From Eubacteriales bacterium (lineage in GTDB: Bacteria > Bacillota > Clostridia > Oscillospirales > CAG-272): a DNA stretch of 64,000 nt. The position numbers and the translations under genes are program-made. The notes beneath the pieces are model-generated. The model searched no databases and was not told the origin of the DNA. It worked only from the letters and a program-made list of their open reading frames with translations. The DNA is taken from assembly GCA_045542075.1 (NCBI GenBank), contig JAZQKI010000001.1, positions 488-64,487 on the forward strand, given 5' to 3'. Numbering within the stretch: position 1 is the stretch's first letter; the number at the start of each line of letters is the position of its first letter. Below, in pieces: positions 35,339 to 44,222 of this stretch.

Positions 35339-38300
35339 ATGGGCAAAAAGAAGGCTTCGGGCAACAATGATATGACCGCAATCATAAATCAGCTGCAGAA
35401 AACCTACAGTGTCGATAATGAGGATGATATTTTTGAATCAGAAACTGCCTATGAGGACACAGAGCTTAGTGACCTTCTTGCCAAAATCCTCTCTGACGAT
35501 AATTCCTGCGATGATGATGGTCAAGGTGACGAGGAAGAACTTGATTTGCACGAGAACACTTCTGTAGGAGCCAAGCGTAAGCAAAAAAACAGTAAGAGAT
35601 CGGGCGGAGCTGACGTATCCACCGATATCCAGAATATTATTATGTCCGAGGAATATATCTCGGTCCTGCGTGACTGCGAGGCAGACACTGAAATTGCTGA
35701 TGAGACCTCCGAGACATCTGAATCGCAAAAGGAAAAAAATGATTCTGTGGAAGAGGTTGCTCTTTTGGCGGATATTGATGAATCACCCGAGCAGGAAAAT
35801 TCGGAAGCGGTTCATCTCCAATCTGAGCTAATATCGGCAGATACAGGCCATGCTGAAAAGTCACAGCTGGTATCTGTTCGTGAATCAGATTTGAATTTGG
35901 CGCATGAAGAAGCCGATGATGGAATAAATGGGCAGAACAACGTTGATGAAGAGCTTACCTTTGGCGACCTCGATGACGAGGAAAGTGACGTTGATGAAGA
36001 GCTTACCTTTGGCGACCTCGATGACGAGGAAAGTGACGTTGATGAAGGCCTTACCTTCGGAGATCTTGATGACGAGGAGAGCGACGTTGATGAAGGCCTT
36101 ACCTTCGGCGACCTCGACGACGAGGAGAGTGACGTTGATGAAAGCCTTACCTTCGGCGACCTCGACGACGAGCAGAGTGACGTTGATGAAAGCCTAACCT
36201 TCGGAGATCTTGATGACGAGGAAAGCGACGTTGATGAAAGCCTTACCTTCGGCGACCTCGATGACGAGGAGAGCGACATTGATGAAAGCCTTACCTTCGG
36301 CGACCTCGACGACGAGGAAAGTGACGTTGATGAAGGTCTTACCTTCGGAGATCTTGATGACGAGGAAAGTGACGTTGATGAAAGCCTTACCTTCGGCGAA
36401 TTCGATGACGAGGAGAGAAAGACCAATGAAGATGTTCCCCTCGATGACGTTAACGAAGATAAGAAGGACGTAATTGCGACAGAGGATGAAAGCCCTGACG
36501 AGGACGGTACTTTCGCTGTTTTCGACGAGCTCGATGAGGTTCACTCTGTTGACGGGTATGCGGTATCGCAATCCCCCGATTATGAAGATATTGCTGATCG
36601 GGATATTTCCCAGACCGAGACCGAAAAGAAATTCTATTACACCGTTCTTGAGGAAATGAATCTTGAGGACACACCGGATATCTCGGACACTTACACTTAC
36701 GTACAAAAAGAAATGGAAGAGCCGGTGGCTGAGAACCTTATACAAGTCCCTGAACAACCGCCAAAGGATATATACATAGTTCTTTCAAAGGAATCCTATA
36801 CAGACGACCCGTTGCAGTGGCGTCTTGACAGAGTAAGGGCGAAATTGAAGGATGAGACGGAGGATGATGACACACAGGAGACCGCAAAGAAGTCCGTAGA
36901 GATAGAGGATGATGATATTTCCCTTCTTCTTCAGCTTGGATATAAGGACGAGCTTAAGTCAGAGGTTGGTCAGGAACGAACGGATTCTGTGGTCCGCAGT
37001 ATAAGCAATTCCTACCGTCCCGACAAAAATAAGATCCCATTCGGCTTTTGCGGAAAGGAATTTTCCGACAGCAGTCAGATTGATAAAATAAAGCAAAGAT
37101 ATGATTACGACAAGAGAATCGTAATAATAAAGCTTGCGTTTTTCGCATGTATTTCGCTTGTTCTCTTGCTCCTCGGCATGCTGTTCAAAAGTTATACGAC
37201 GGTAAATTCGGTAATTATGTTCTCTGTTATGGAGCTTCTCATTGCATCACTTGGCTGTGTCGTAATGCATAAGGAGCTGGTTTCCGGAATAAAAGGAGTA
37301 TTAAAGTTCTCCCCCACCGTGTTTACAATGCCGTTGTTCTCACTTTTGGTATTGACGGCGTATGACATATTCAATATTATTACGTGTATTGCACATCCTG
37401 ACAAAATATCGGCAAATACCACGTCGTTATTTGGATTTACAACGTCTATGTTCTTTATATTTGCTCTTGTAGTGCAGCTTATTAACTGCGTGCGTGAGCA
37501 AAAGACCTTTAACCTCATTTCTGCCTCGGATGAGCTATATACTGCGGAAACTCTTGTTTCGCAGCGTGGTGATAATTCTGACACAAATAATTTGCGTTCA
37601 CACGAGATACGAAAGCAGATCAAGGGGAACGCAGTCATTGTAAAGAAGACCAAATACATATCCGAATATTTCAAGAGATGCTCAGAGTCGTCGTACGGTA
37701 TAGGAGGCTTTGTGCTTATATTGGGCGTTGTTCCGCTTGCGGCAATTATTCTTGCGTGTATAATAATAGCTACGGGACGTACTGCGGCAGATGTTGCTTC
37801 GACGGTTGTATTCGCATTTTATATGTGCCTGTCTGCATCGTTTGCTCTGATAATGCCGGTGACACTATTTGCGGCTTCTCAGAGCCTTGCACAGAAAAAA
37901 TGCGGAATAATAGGCACGGGAGCGGTTATGGAGTATGCGGATACAAATTCCGTTATATTCCCCGATACGTCCGCGTTTGAGATAGGTAATGACATAGAGG
38001 TTATACCAATGGGCGACGTTGATATGAATTCTTCTATGAAGACCGCAAACAGACTGTTCTCAGCGCTTGGCGGCACCTTGTCGGATATAGTTGGAGAGAA
38101 CTCTTTTAACAAGGATCTATCCGTAAGCGAGGCGGACATAAATATTGCGTCTGTCGACGATAACGGAATAGAGCTTTATATGGACAATGAAACTCACATA
38201 TTGCTTGGAAACGAAAAATATGTGTACGAGAGGCGCCGTCAGCTCAGCTTTGAGGCATGTGATTTTATTCCCTCCTCGGCAAGTGCGGGGCGAGAGGTAA

Positions 38301-38797
38301 TATATCTCGCAATAAACGGAGCTGTGTGCCTTGGATACATTATATCGTTTGGCGTTAAGACTGAATTTACGGATAAGGTCAAGCTTCTCGCTCAGCATAG
38401 CATAAAGACGTATGTCTCAACATACGAGCCCCACATAAAGGCAAAGCGCTATAACGGTTGCAAGATAGGAGTTTACAGACCCTACGATCACACATCTCCA
38501 TCAACGCCACCGTCGTGTTACGGCGGAATCGTGGCATCGGGAGATGCTAAAAACATTACGTATCCATTGATAATGACCTCAGAAATTCTGAAGAGCGTTA
38601 AAAAATCATCCAAAACGTCGGTATGGTTTGTGCTTGGCGGCATAGCGGTATCTTTTGCTATAACCCTTGTGGGATACCTTGTTCCGGGTGCTTTTGGACT
38701 CCTTCGCTACAGAGATGTTTTCACAGTCATAAGCCAGCTGCTCAGCGTTATACCTCTTTCGGTAAGCGCGATAAAGCTTTGGAAAAAGTACAAGTAA
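35339..38797 (+). CDS. large membrane protein: hyper-acidic repeat-containing N-terminal half plus degenerate P-type (P1B-like) ATPase scaffold
   Basis: 1152 aa. The RBS is GGGAGGTGAG. Residues about 1-580 are strongly acidic and include 10 repeats of 16 aa. Residues about 590-1152 have TM pairs and loops that are collinear with heavy-metal ATPases, but with substituted motifs (see findings). Confidence 0.8.
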   Translation: MGKKKASGNNDMTAIINQLQKTYSVDNEDDIFESETAYEDTELSDLLAKILSDDNSCDDDGQGDEEELDLHENTSVGAKRKQKNSKRSGGADVSTDIQNIIMSEEYISVLRDCEADTEIADETSETSESQKEKNDSVEEVALLADIDESPEQENSEAVHLQSELISADTGHAEKSQLVSVRESDLNLAHEEADDGINGQNNVDEELTFGDLDDEESDVDEELTFGDLDDEESDVDEGLTFGDLDDEESDVDEGLTFGDLDDEESDVDESLTFGDLDDEQSDVDESLTFGDLDDEESDVDESLTFGDLDDEESDIDESLTFGDLDDEESDVDEGLTFGDLDDEESDVDESLTFGEFDDEERKTNEDVPLDDVNEDKKDVIATEDESPDEDGTFAVFDELDEVHSVDGYAVSQSPDYEDIADRDISQTETEKKFYYTVLEEMNLEDTPDISDTYTYVQKEMEEPVAENLIQVPEQPPKDIYIVLSKESYTDDPLQWRLDRVRAKLKDETEDDDTQETAKKSVEIEDDDISLLLQLGYKDELKSEVGQERTDSVVRSISNSYRPDKNKIPFGFCGKEFSDSSQIDKIKQRYDYDKRIVIIKLAFFACISLVLLLLGMLFKSYTTVNSVIMFSVMELLIASLGCVVMHKELVSGIKGVLKFSPTVFTMPLFSLLVLTAYDIFNIITCIAHPDKISANTTSLFGFTTSMFFIFALVVQLINCVREQKTFNLISASDELYTAETLVSQRGDNSDTNNLRSHEIRKQIKGNAVIVKKTKYISEYFKRCSESSYGIGGFVLILGVVPLAAIILACIIIATGRTAADVASTVVFAFYMCLSASFALIMPVTLFAASQSLAQKKCGIIGTGAVMEYADTNSVIFPDTSAFEIGNDIEVIPMGDVDMNSSMKTANRLFSALGGTLSDIVGENSFNKDLSVSEADINIASVDDNGIELYMDNETHILLGNEKYVYERRRQLSFEACDFIPSSASAGREVIYLAINGAVCLGYIISFGVKTEFTDKVKLLAQHSIKTYVSTYEPHIKAKRYNGCKIGVYRPYDHTSPSTPPSCYGGIVASGDAKNITYPLIMTSEILKSVKKSSKTSVWFVLGGIAVSFAITLVGYLVPGAFGLLRYRDVFTVISQLLSVIPLSVSAIKLWKKYK
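35939..36415 (+). repeat. ten in-frame 48-bp tandem repeats (SDVDExLTFGDLDDEE)
   Basis: I counted the units directly. Each is ...cttaccttYggMgaYctYgaYgacgagSARagYgacRttgatgaa... with a few mostly synonymous differences. The tenth unit is degenerate (LTFGEFDDEERK). Confidence 0.95.
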
Positions 38798-38812
38798 TTT
38801 TAAGGAAATAAT

Positions 38813-40672
38813 ATGAATCAGAAGTTTAACGAAATTTTGAAGCAGGTCTCAAAGCCGGGACGTTACTCCGGCGGCGAGTACGGTCAGATAATAAAGGACA
38901 AGTCAAATATCAAGGCAAGATTCGCATTTGCTTTTCCCGATACATACGAGATAGGAATGTCAAATCTTGGCAGCAGAATTCTTTACAACTGTCTTAACAA
39001 CGAAGAAGACATTTGGTGCGAGAGAGTTTATGCTCCCTGGACGGATATGCAAGAAAAAATGCGCGAGAATAACATTCCCCTTTGGGCACACGAGAGCAAG
39101 GACGCTGTATCGGAATTTGATTTTCTCGGCTTTACGCTTCAGTATGAGATGTGCTACACGACCGTCCTCAATATGCTTGAGCTTGCGGGTATGCCCTTGC
39201 GCTCACGCGACAGAGATGAAAGCTTTCCGCTTGTTATCGGCGGAGGACCTTGCGCATATAATCCCGAGCCTGTTGCGGACTTTTTTGATCTGTTCAACAT
39301 AGGAGAGGGCGAGCATATGCTCGTTGAGATCGTGCGCCTTTACATTCAGATGCATGATGAGGGTAGATATACAAAGGCAGACTTTTTGCATGAGGCTGCA
39401 AGAACTATCAAGGGTGTTTACGTTCCCTCGCTGTATGAGGTCACGTACAATGAGGACGGCACGATAAACGCATATACTCCTATATACGATGATATTCCCA
39501 CAAAAATTGAAAAGCGTATCATAGAGGATATGGATACGGCGCTTTTCCCCGAAAAAGTGGTTATGCCGTACACAGAGGTAGTTCATGACAGAATTATGCT
39601 TGAGGTATTCCGCGGCTGCATCCGTGGCTGCCGTTTCTGTCAGGCGGGCATAATATACCGCCCTGTGCGAGAGAAAACCCCCGAGCTGCTCAACAAGCAG
39701 GCTCAGTGCCTGTATGAGAATACAGGATATGAGGAAATATCACTTTCATCCCTCTCGATAAGCGATTACACGGGACTTCCCGAGCTTACGGACAAGCTTC
39801 TGGATTGGACTGTTGATAATATGGTTAGCTTCTCGCTTCCGTCACTCCGAGTAGACAGCTTCAATAAAGAGCTTATGGATAAGGTAGCGTCGGTGCGCTC
39901 GTCTTCCCTTACCTTTGCGCCCGAAGCGGGTACGCAGAGACTTCGTGACGTAATAAATAAAAACGTCTATGAGGACGACCTTATGCGCGCGGTAAACGTT
40001 GCGTTTGACGGCGGCAAGCATCAGGTAAAGCTCTACTTTATGCAGGGCCTTCCCACTGAAACAGACGAGGATCTTCGCGGTATTCCCGATCTTGCAAAAA
40101 AGGTTATCGAAGCATATTATGCGAATCCGAACAGAAACCGCGCAAAGCAGCCCTCGGTAACGTTCAGTGTGTCCTGCTTTATTCCCAAGCCCTTCACTCC
40201 CTTCCAGTGGGAGCCGCAGGATAGCCTTGAGGAGCTTTACAGAAAACAGGAGTTCATTGGCGAGTGCGTGACCGACCGCAAGATAAGATATCAGCATCAC
40301 GATGCACAGACCTGCCGCATTGAGGCCGTACTTGCGCGCGGAGACAGACGTCTTTCGGATGCGCTCGAGCTTGCCTGCAAGGAAGGATTTACGTTTGACG
40401 CGTGGAGCGAATTTTTCGACTACAATAAATGGATTTCCGTATTTGAGCGCACGGGAATAGATCCCGCGTTCTATGCTAACAGAAGATGGTCTTACGACGA
40501 GGTTTTGCCGTGGGATATCATTGACTGCGGAGTTACAAAGGAATTTCTTATCCGCGAGAGCAAAAAGGCGCATGAGGGCGCTACTACCCCTAACTGCCGT
40601 GAGAAATGCTCGGGTTGCGGAGCAAATAAGCTTGGAGGTGAAAGAACGTGTTGTCCCAAGATAAACAAGTAA
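38813..40672 (+). CDS. TIGR03960-type radical SAM protein (B12-binding-like N-domain), function unknown
   Basis: 619 aa. The N-terminus is VSKPGRYSGGEYGQIIKD. The radical-SAM cluster motif is CIRGCRFCQAG. Confidence 0.85.
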   Translation: MNQKFNEILKQVSKPGRYSGGEYGQIIKDKSNIKARFAFAFPDTYEIGMSNLGSRILYNCLNNEEDIWCERVYAPWTDMQEKMRENNIPLWAHESKDAVSEFDFLGFTLQYEMCYTTVLNMLELAGMPLRSRDRDESFPLVIGGGPCAYNPEPVADFFDLFNIGEGEHMLVEIVRLYIQMHDEGRYTKADFLHEAARTIKGVYVPSLYEVTYNEDGTINAYTPIYDDIPTKIEKRIIEDMDTALFPEKVVMPYTEVVHDRIMLEVFRGCIRGCRFCQAGIIYRPVREKTPELLNKQAQCLYENTGYEEISLSSLSISDYTGLPELTDKLLDWTVDNMVSFSLPSLRVDSFNKELMDKVASVRSSSLTFAPEAGTQRLRDVINKNVYEDDLMRAVNVAFDGGKHQVKLYFMQGLPTETDEDLRGIPDLAKKVIEAYYANPNRNRAKQPSVTFSVSCFIPKPFTPFQWEPQDSLEELYRKQEFIGECVTDRKIRYQHHDAQTCRIEAVLARGDRRLSDALELACKEGFTFDAWSEFFDYNKWISVFERTGIDPAFYANRRWSYDEVLPWDIIDCGVTKEFLIRESKKAHEGATTPNCREKCSGCGANKLGGERTCCPKINK

Positions 40673-40701
40673 AGCCTTGCTATTCAAAATTTTCACGTCC
40701 C

Positions 40702-41379
40702 ATGCTCCCCTCTCCTATAACGGTAAGAATCAAGTTTTGCAAGGTGGGAAATCTGCAGTTTATATCGCATCTCGATCTGCAAAGATCATTCCATCGCATA
40801 CTTGTCCGCTCGGGTATTCCTATGTGGTATACAAAGGGCTTTAACCCTCATGCGAAGCTTGTTTTCGGACTTCCGCTATCAGTGGGCACCGAGAGCATGT
40901 GTGAGATGGCAGACCTTAAAATCGAGCGTGAAATATCTCTTGAGGAGATAAAAAATCAGCTCAACGCTAACCTTACAGACGAGATGTACGTGCTTGATGC
41001 GTATATTCCTACCAGCAAATACGCAGAAATAGCTTATGCAAATTATACGATAACAGTAAAGTCGGACAAGCTGACAAACAAAAGCGCCGATGCTGTAAAA
41101 GAGCTGTTCTCTGCTCCAATAAATATGATGAAGCGTTCAAAATCAGGCGAGCGCGAGGTTGACATCACGACCTATATCAAATCTCTTGATGCGTCTCTTT
41201 GCGACGGAGAGCTTAAAATAAACGCTACTATATCGGCAGGAAATACCGAGAGCTTAAATCCCGAGTATCTTGCTACCGCTATTAAGGAGAGACTTGATTT
41301 TATGACGGCTGATTGCAATTATTCCTACAGAATAATGCGAAATGTTGTATATAAAGCGGATATGAGCGAGTTCAGATAA
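40702..41379 (+). CDS. TIGR03936/DUF2344 radical-SAM-linked protein
   Basis: RIKFCKVGNLQFISHLDLQRSFHRILVRSGIPMWYTKGFNPHAKLVFGLPLSVG. The start is either ATG 40702 or the overlapping GTG 40648. Confidence 0.8.
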   Translation: MLPSPITVRIKFCKVGNLQFISHLDLQRSFHRILVRSGIPMWYTKGFNPHAKLVFGLPLSVGTESMCEMADLKIEREISLEEIKNQLNANLTDEMYVLDAYIPTSKYAEIAYANYTITVKSDKLTNKSADAVKELFSAPINMMKRSKSGEREVDITTYIKSLDASLCDGELKINATISAGNTESLNPEYLATAIKERLDFMTADCNYSYRIMRNVVYKADMSEFR

Positions 41380-41437
41380 TCCTTTCCCGAATAACAAAAA
41401 TACAATAAATCAATAATCTATTTTGGAGGAACAAAAA

Positions 41438-41857
41438 ATGGCTATCAAAATGAGAGTCCTTTGCTACCCCGAGAAGAAAAAGCTTCTCGAAATCGGAAAC
41501 ATGATCAAGGCGGAGTACGAGCTCAACGTAAACTCGGTTGACAGAATTCCCCCCGCATATTCCTGCGACAAGGAAAGAATAGTTATCCTTGCTATCAATA
41601 TCAAGGGCAACCTTCCCGATGATTACAGACTTTTCGTAAGAGAGCTTACCAAGGCAAGAGCGGCTAACGTTGCAATCCTTACCGCAGGTGACGACGTTGC
41701 AGTTGAAAAGACCAAGGCGCTTCTCGCTGAAGCTGGCACGCACTATATTGACAATGTAAAGCACATCAAGATGGGACTTTTCGATAACAAGGTATCTGAT
41801 GCCGAAAAGACGGAAATTCTCGCATGGGTCGAGGAGATCAAGGCATCTCTCGCATAA
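41438..41857 (+). CDS. hypothetical protein (139 aa)
   Basis: ATG 41438 follows GGAGGA. The composition is balanced and a terminator follows. I recognise no motif. The antisense ORF 41372-41881 is a shadow. Confidence 0.65.
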   Translation: MAIKMRVLCYPEKKKLLEIGNMIKAEYELNVNSVDRIPPAYSCDKERIVILAINIKGNLPDDYRLFVRELTKARAANVAILTAGDDVAVEKTKALLAEAGTHYIDNVKHIKMGLFDNKVSDAEKTEILAWVEEIKASLA

Positions 41858-41870
41858 TTTGCAGGTACAT

Positions 41871-41903
41871 AAAAGAACCACGGCAGCGCCGTGGTTCTTT
41901 TTC
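41871..41903. terminator. bidirectional terminator
   Basis: Stem agaaccacggc / gccgtggttct with an A-run on the left and a T-run on the right. Confidence 0.8.
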
Positions 41904-41910
41904 GTGGATT

Positions 41911-42285
41911 TTATTTTTTCTTTTTAGTAAGACAATAGCTTTTATCTATAAGCGAAATTACAAGCGATTCTGAAAGCGAATTATCAAGCGGGACTGTTAT
42001 CCAATGGGTTTTATTCATATGATATGCGGGGATTATCTCGGGGTACAGGTCAAACAATATTATTGAATCCTCGGGGTTGCTTTTGAGGTTCATTACGTCA
42101 AGCGGCGCAGGGTCTTCCCTGCCTATTTTTATGCCGCTGACCGACATTATTATTCCAAACCACTTGCCGCTGTCCTTGTGTCGCATAACAGTAGTGTTAA
42201 AATCCTCCTCAAACGGACAGTCGTAGGACGCGCCCGAAAGAGCTTTTATATAGTCCAGAACAAACTGCTTGTCCGTCATTATCAA
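41911..42285 (-). CDS. MmcQ/YjbR-family protein
   Basis: 124 aa. ...ALSGASYDCPFEEDFNTTVMRHKDSGKWFGIIM... is the typical YjbR-fold N-terminal pattern. Confidence 0.7.
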   Translation of the reverse strand: MIMTDKQFVLDYIKALSGASYDCPFEEDFNTTVMRHKDSGKWFGIIMSVSGIKIGREDPAPLDVMNLKSNPEDSIILFDLYPEIIPAYHMNKTHWITVPLDNSLSESLVISLIDKSYCLTKKKK

Positions 42286-42863
42286 AGCTCCTTTACGTCA
42301 CCGTAGGTGTCGGGGCTTTCGGAGTAAAGCTTGTAGTATTCCATTATAACGGAAACCACCTCGTCGGGAGTCTTATTTGTGGTATCAACGACGAGGTTGT
42401 AGTTGTTGAAGTCGTAATAGTCCACGCCGTAGATCTCAATAAATCTCTTGCGCTCTACCATGCTTCTCTCAACAAGCTTTTCACATGCGTCATTGACGTC
42501 GGTATAGCTTTCCTCGCAGCTGCTGCGGTGATAAAACACTCTTGTTGCTGCTTCCATAGGATCTATTGTGAGGAATATTTTGAAGGTGTCTTCAGCGAAA
42601 TGCCAAGCCATACGGGAGTCAAAAATAAGATTCTCGCCCTTGTGCTCTCGCGACATTCTCGTTACGGTATTATCTATTTCGTCGTCAAGCTCGGGATTCT
42701 CCTTCATGCGTTTATTAAGCTCAAGTGTTGAGATTCCCTTGCTTCTTGCAAACTCTCTTTGTATAGCTCCGGTGCTGAATATCTCAAAGCCGTATCTTTC
42801 CTTCATAATTCCGCACACGGTACTTTTTCCGCTTCCAAGCCGTCCTGTAATCGATATTAACAT
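42282..42863 (-). CDS. cytidylate-kinase-like P-loop NMP kinase family protein
   Basis: 193 aa with the P-loop ISITGRLGSGKSTV. It has a 4-nt overlap with the downstream gene. Confidence 0.7.
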   Translation of the reverse strand: MLISITGRLGSGKSTVCGIMKERYGFEIFSTGAIQREFARSKGISTLELNKRMKENPELDDEIDNTVTRMSREHKGENLIFDSRMAWHFAEDTFKIFLTIDPMEAATRVFYHRSSCEESYTDVNDACEKLVERSMVERKRFIEIYGVDYYDFNNYNLVVDTTNKTPDEVVSVIMEYYKLYSESPDTYGDVKEL

Positions 42864-42949
42864 ACTATCCTCCGAAGTTTTAACGTGTCTATCCTTAATA
42901 TCTAAAAATATTACGAGTGCTATTTTTGTAGCACCCGTAATTATTTATT

Positions 42950-43528
42950 TTATTCCGGAGCCTCGGTGTTTGCCTCTTCATCGGGAGTTCCCACAAGCAC
43001 TACTGTGAAGGTCTCTCCGTCTGCAAGCACATGCTCGGACATGGAGCTAATCATATAGCTCTGCAAAATATTTTCATTTTCAGGCTTTACAAGATTTTTT
43101 ACCGTGATGGGATTGCCGTTGCTATCGGTGAATTTGTTTCCTCTGAGCGCAGTCCAATACTGTCCGGGCTTCGCTTCATAATCTCCTATGATCCATATCA
43201 TATTTGAGAATTCTTCTTCCTCATAGGTGGCAATATATTCGTTGATCTCAACCTCAAAATAATATTTAAGAACGCCGAGAATGGTGGGCTCAAATCCCTT
43301 ATATTCATAATCAAGCTCACGGTAGATGTTTGTTCCGGAGCTGTCCTTTATTTCAAAGGATACCTTTATTTCGGTGATACCCTGAGACGGAGTACCTACA
43401 GGAGGAGGTGTGGTGTCCTTCTCTACCTTAGGCTTGTCTCCCGCATCATCCTCAGGCATACAAGCTACAAATGAACAACCAATCATTGCTACAAGCAACA
43501 CTATGGCAATAATTTTTACGAATTTCAT
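42950..43528 (-). CDS. lipoprotein, function unknown
   Basis: 192 aa. The signal/lipobox is MKFVKIIAIVLLVAMIGCSFVAC. The mature part is beta-rich. Confidence 0.7.
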   Translation of the reverse strand: MKFVKIIAIVLLVAMIGCSFVACMPEDDAGDKPKVEKDTTPPPVGTPSQGITEIKVSFEIKDSSGTNIYRELDYEYKGFEPTILGVLKYYFEVEINEYIATYEEEEFSNMIWIIGDYEAKPGQYWTALRGNKFTDSNGNPITVKNLVKPENENILQSYMISSMSEHVLADGETFTVVLVGTPDEEANTEAPE

Positions 43529-43652
43529 ATTTACCCCTCCGATAAATTCTACTTAATACAAAAATTATACTACATTATCCTTGTTTTGTCAATAGATTTT
43601 AAGAGCGGATTTATAAAATTTAATATAAAGACTATGGCAATATACAAAATTT

Positions 43653-44201
43653 TCAATTCTGCATTATGACCAATAAATTTACAAGCAGGATATAGAAAAG
43701 CCATAGACTGTTTGCGATCATCAGCACACACGAAAGCAGGCTGACCTCCCGCCAGAATAAAGCGCACATAGCGGAACAGACCACACATAGAAAAATTATC
43801 AGCAGGGAGAGTGCAAGTGCCTCACCTCCGAAAAACAAAGGGTGCCACATAAGCGAGAGAAAGAATAGGGATACGTAAAACAGACACCCCTGATACAGAC
43901 ACACCTCTCCCCTGCCGTTTATCCTTCCGCACATCTTGCGCCCGAATATTGAGCCGACTGCTATACCGCACACAAAAAACCAAAAGATGCAGAAAAAATT
44001 AAATAGCCAGATAGCTGGCAGATAAGCGTCGATCCCAAGAGTGTGAACGGCATTGTACGGACTGCCCGAGCATATACGCACAGCAAGTCCGGAAATGGCG
44101 TATACCGCTCCGCAGATCAAGGCGCATTTTTTTATTATATCTGAGCCGGTTTTGTTTTTACGAGATGACATTCTCCTACCCCCGAGTGCTTTTTGCTTCA
44201 T
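43653..44201 (-). CDS. small polytopic membrane protein, function unknown
   Basis: 182 aa with about 5 TM helices, rich in Cys, Phe and Trp. It lies downstream of the PBP gene on the same strand. The start may instead be ATG 44171. Confidence 0.6.
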   Translation of the reverse strand: MKQKALGGRRMSSRKNKTGSDIIKKCALICGAVYAISGLAVRICSGSPYNAVHTLGIDAYLPAIWLFNFFCIFWFFVCGIAVGSIFGRKMCGRINGRGEVCLYQGCLFYVSLFFLSLMWHPLFFGGEALALSLLIIFLCVVCSAMCALFWREVSLLSCVLMIANSLWLFYILLVNLLVIMQN

Positions 44202-44222
44202 TATATGGGTGTAAAATGCAAC

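Noticed and set aside
35939-36415. A regular 48-bp repeat array could be mistaken for a CRISPR array
   Set aside because: The units are contiguous with no spacers, in frame, and translated as part of a long ORF. No cas genes or leader are present. The same reasoning applies to 14225-14488, 17629-17961 and 19321-19572.
35812-36757. Several ORFs (35812-36426 -, 35928-36197 +, 36194-36757 -, 36210-36473 +) with repetitive S/K/R-rich products
   Set aside because: These are alternative-frame and antisense readings of the 48-bp tandem repeat. Only the frame continuous with the 1152-aa ORF has a start, an RBS and a sensible downstream domain.
39842-40696. 284-aa minus-strand ORF
   Set aside because: It is the antisense shadow inside the TIGR03960 radical SAM gene. 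It has no motifs or RBS.
41372-41881. 169-aa minus-strand ORF
   Set aside because: It is antisense to the 41438-41857 gene, which has a GGAGGA RBS and a terminator. The minus-strand product is Cys/Leu-rich shadow sequence, and the ORF runs through the terminator hairpin.
43570-43788. 72-aa minus-strand ORF
   Set aside because: It overlaps the 3' end of the 182-aa membrane-protein gene in another frame and extends into the intergenic region. It has no RBS.
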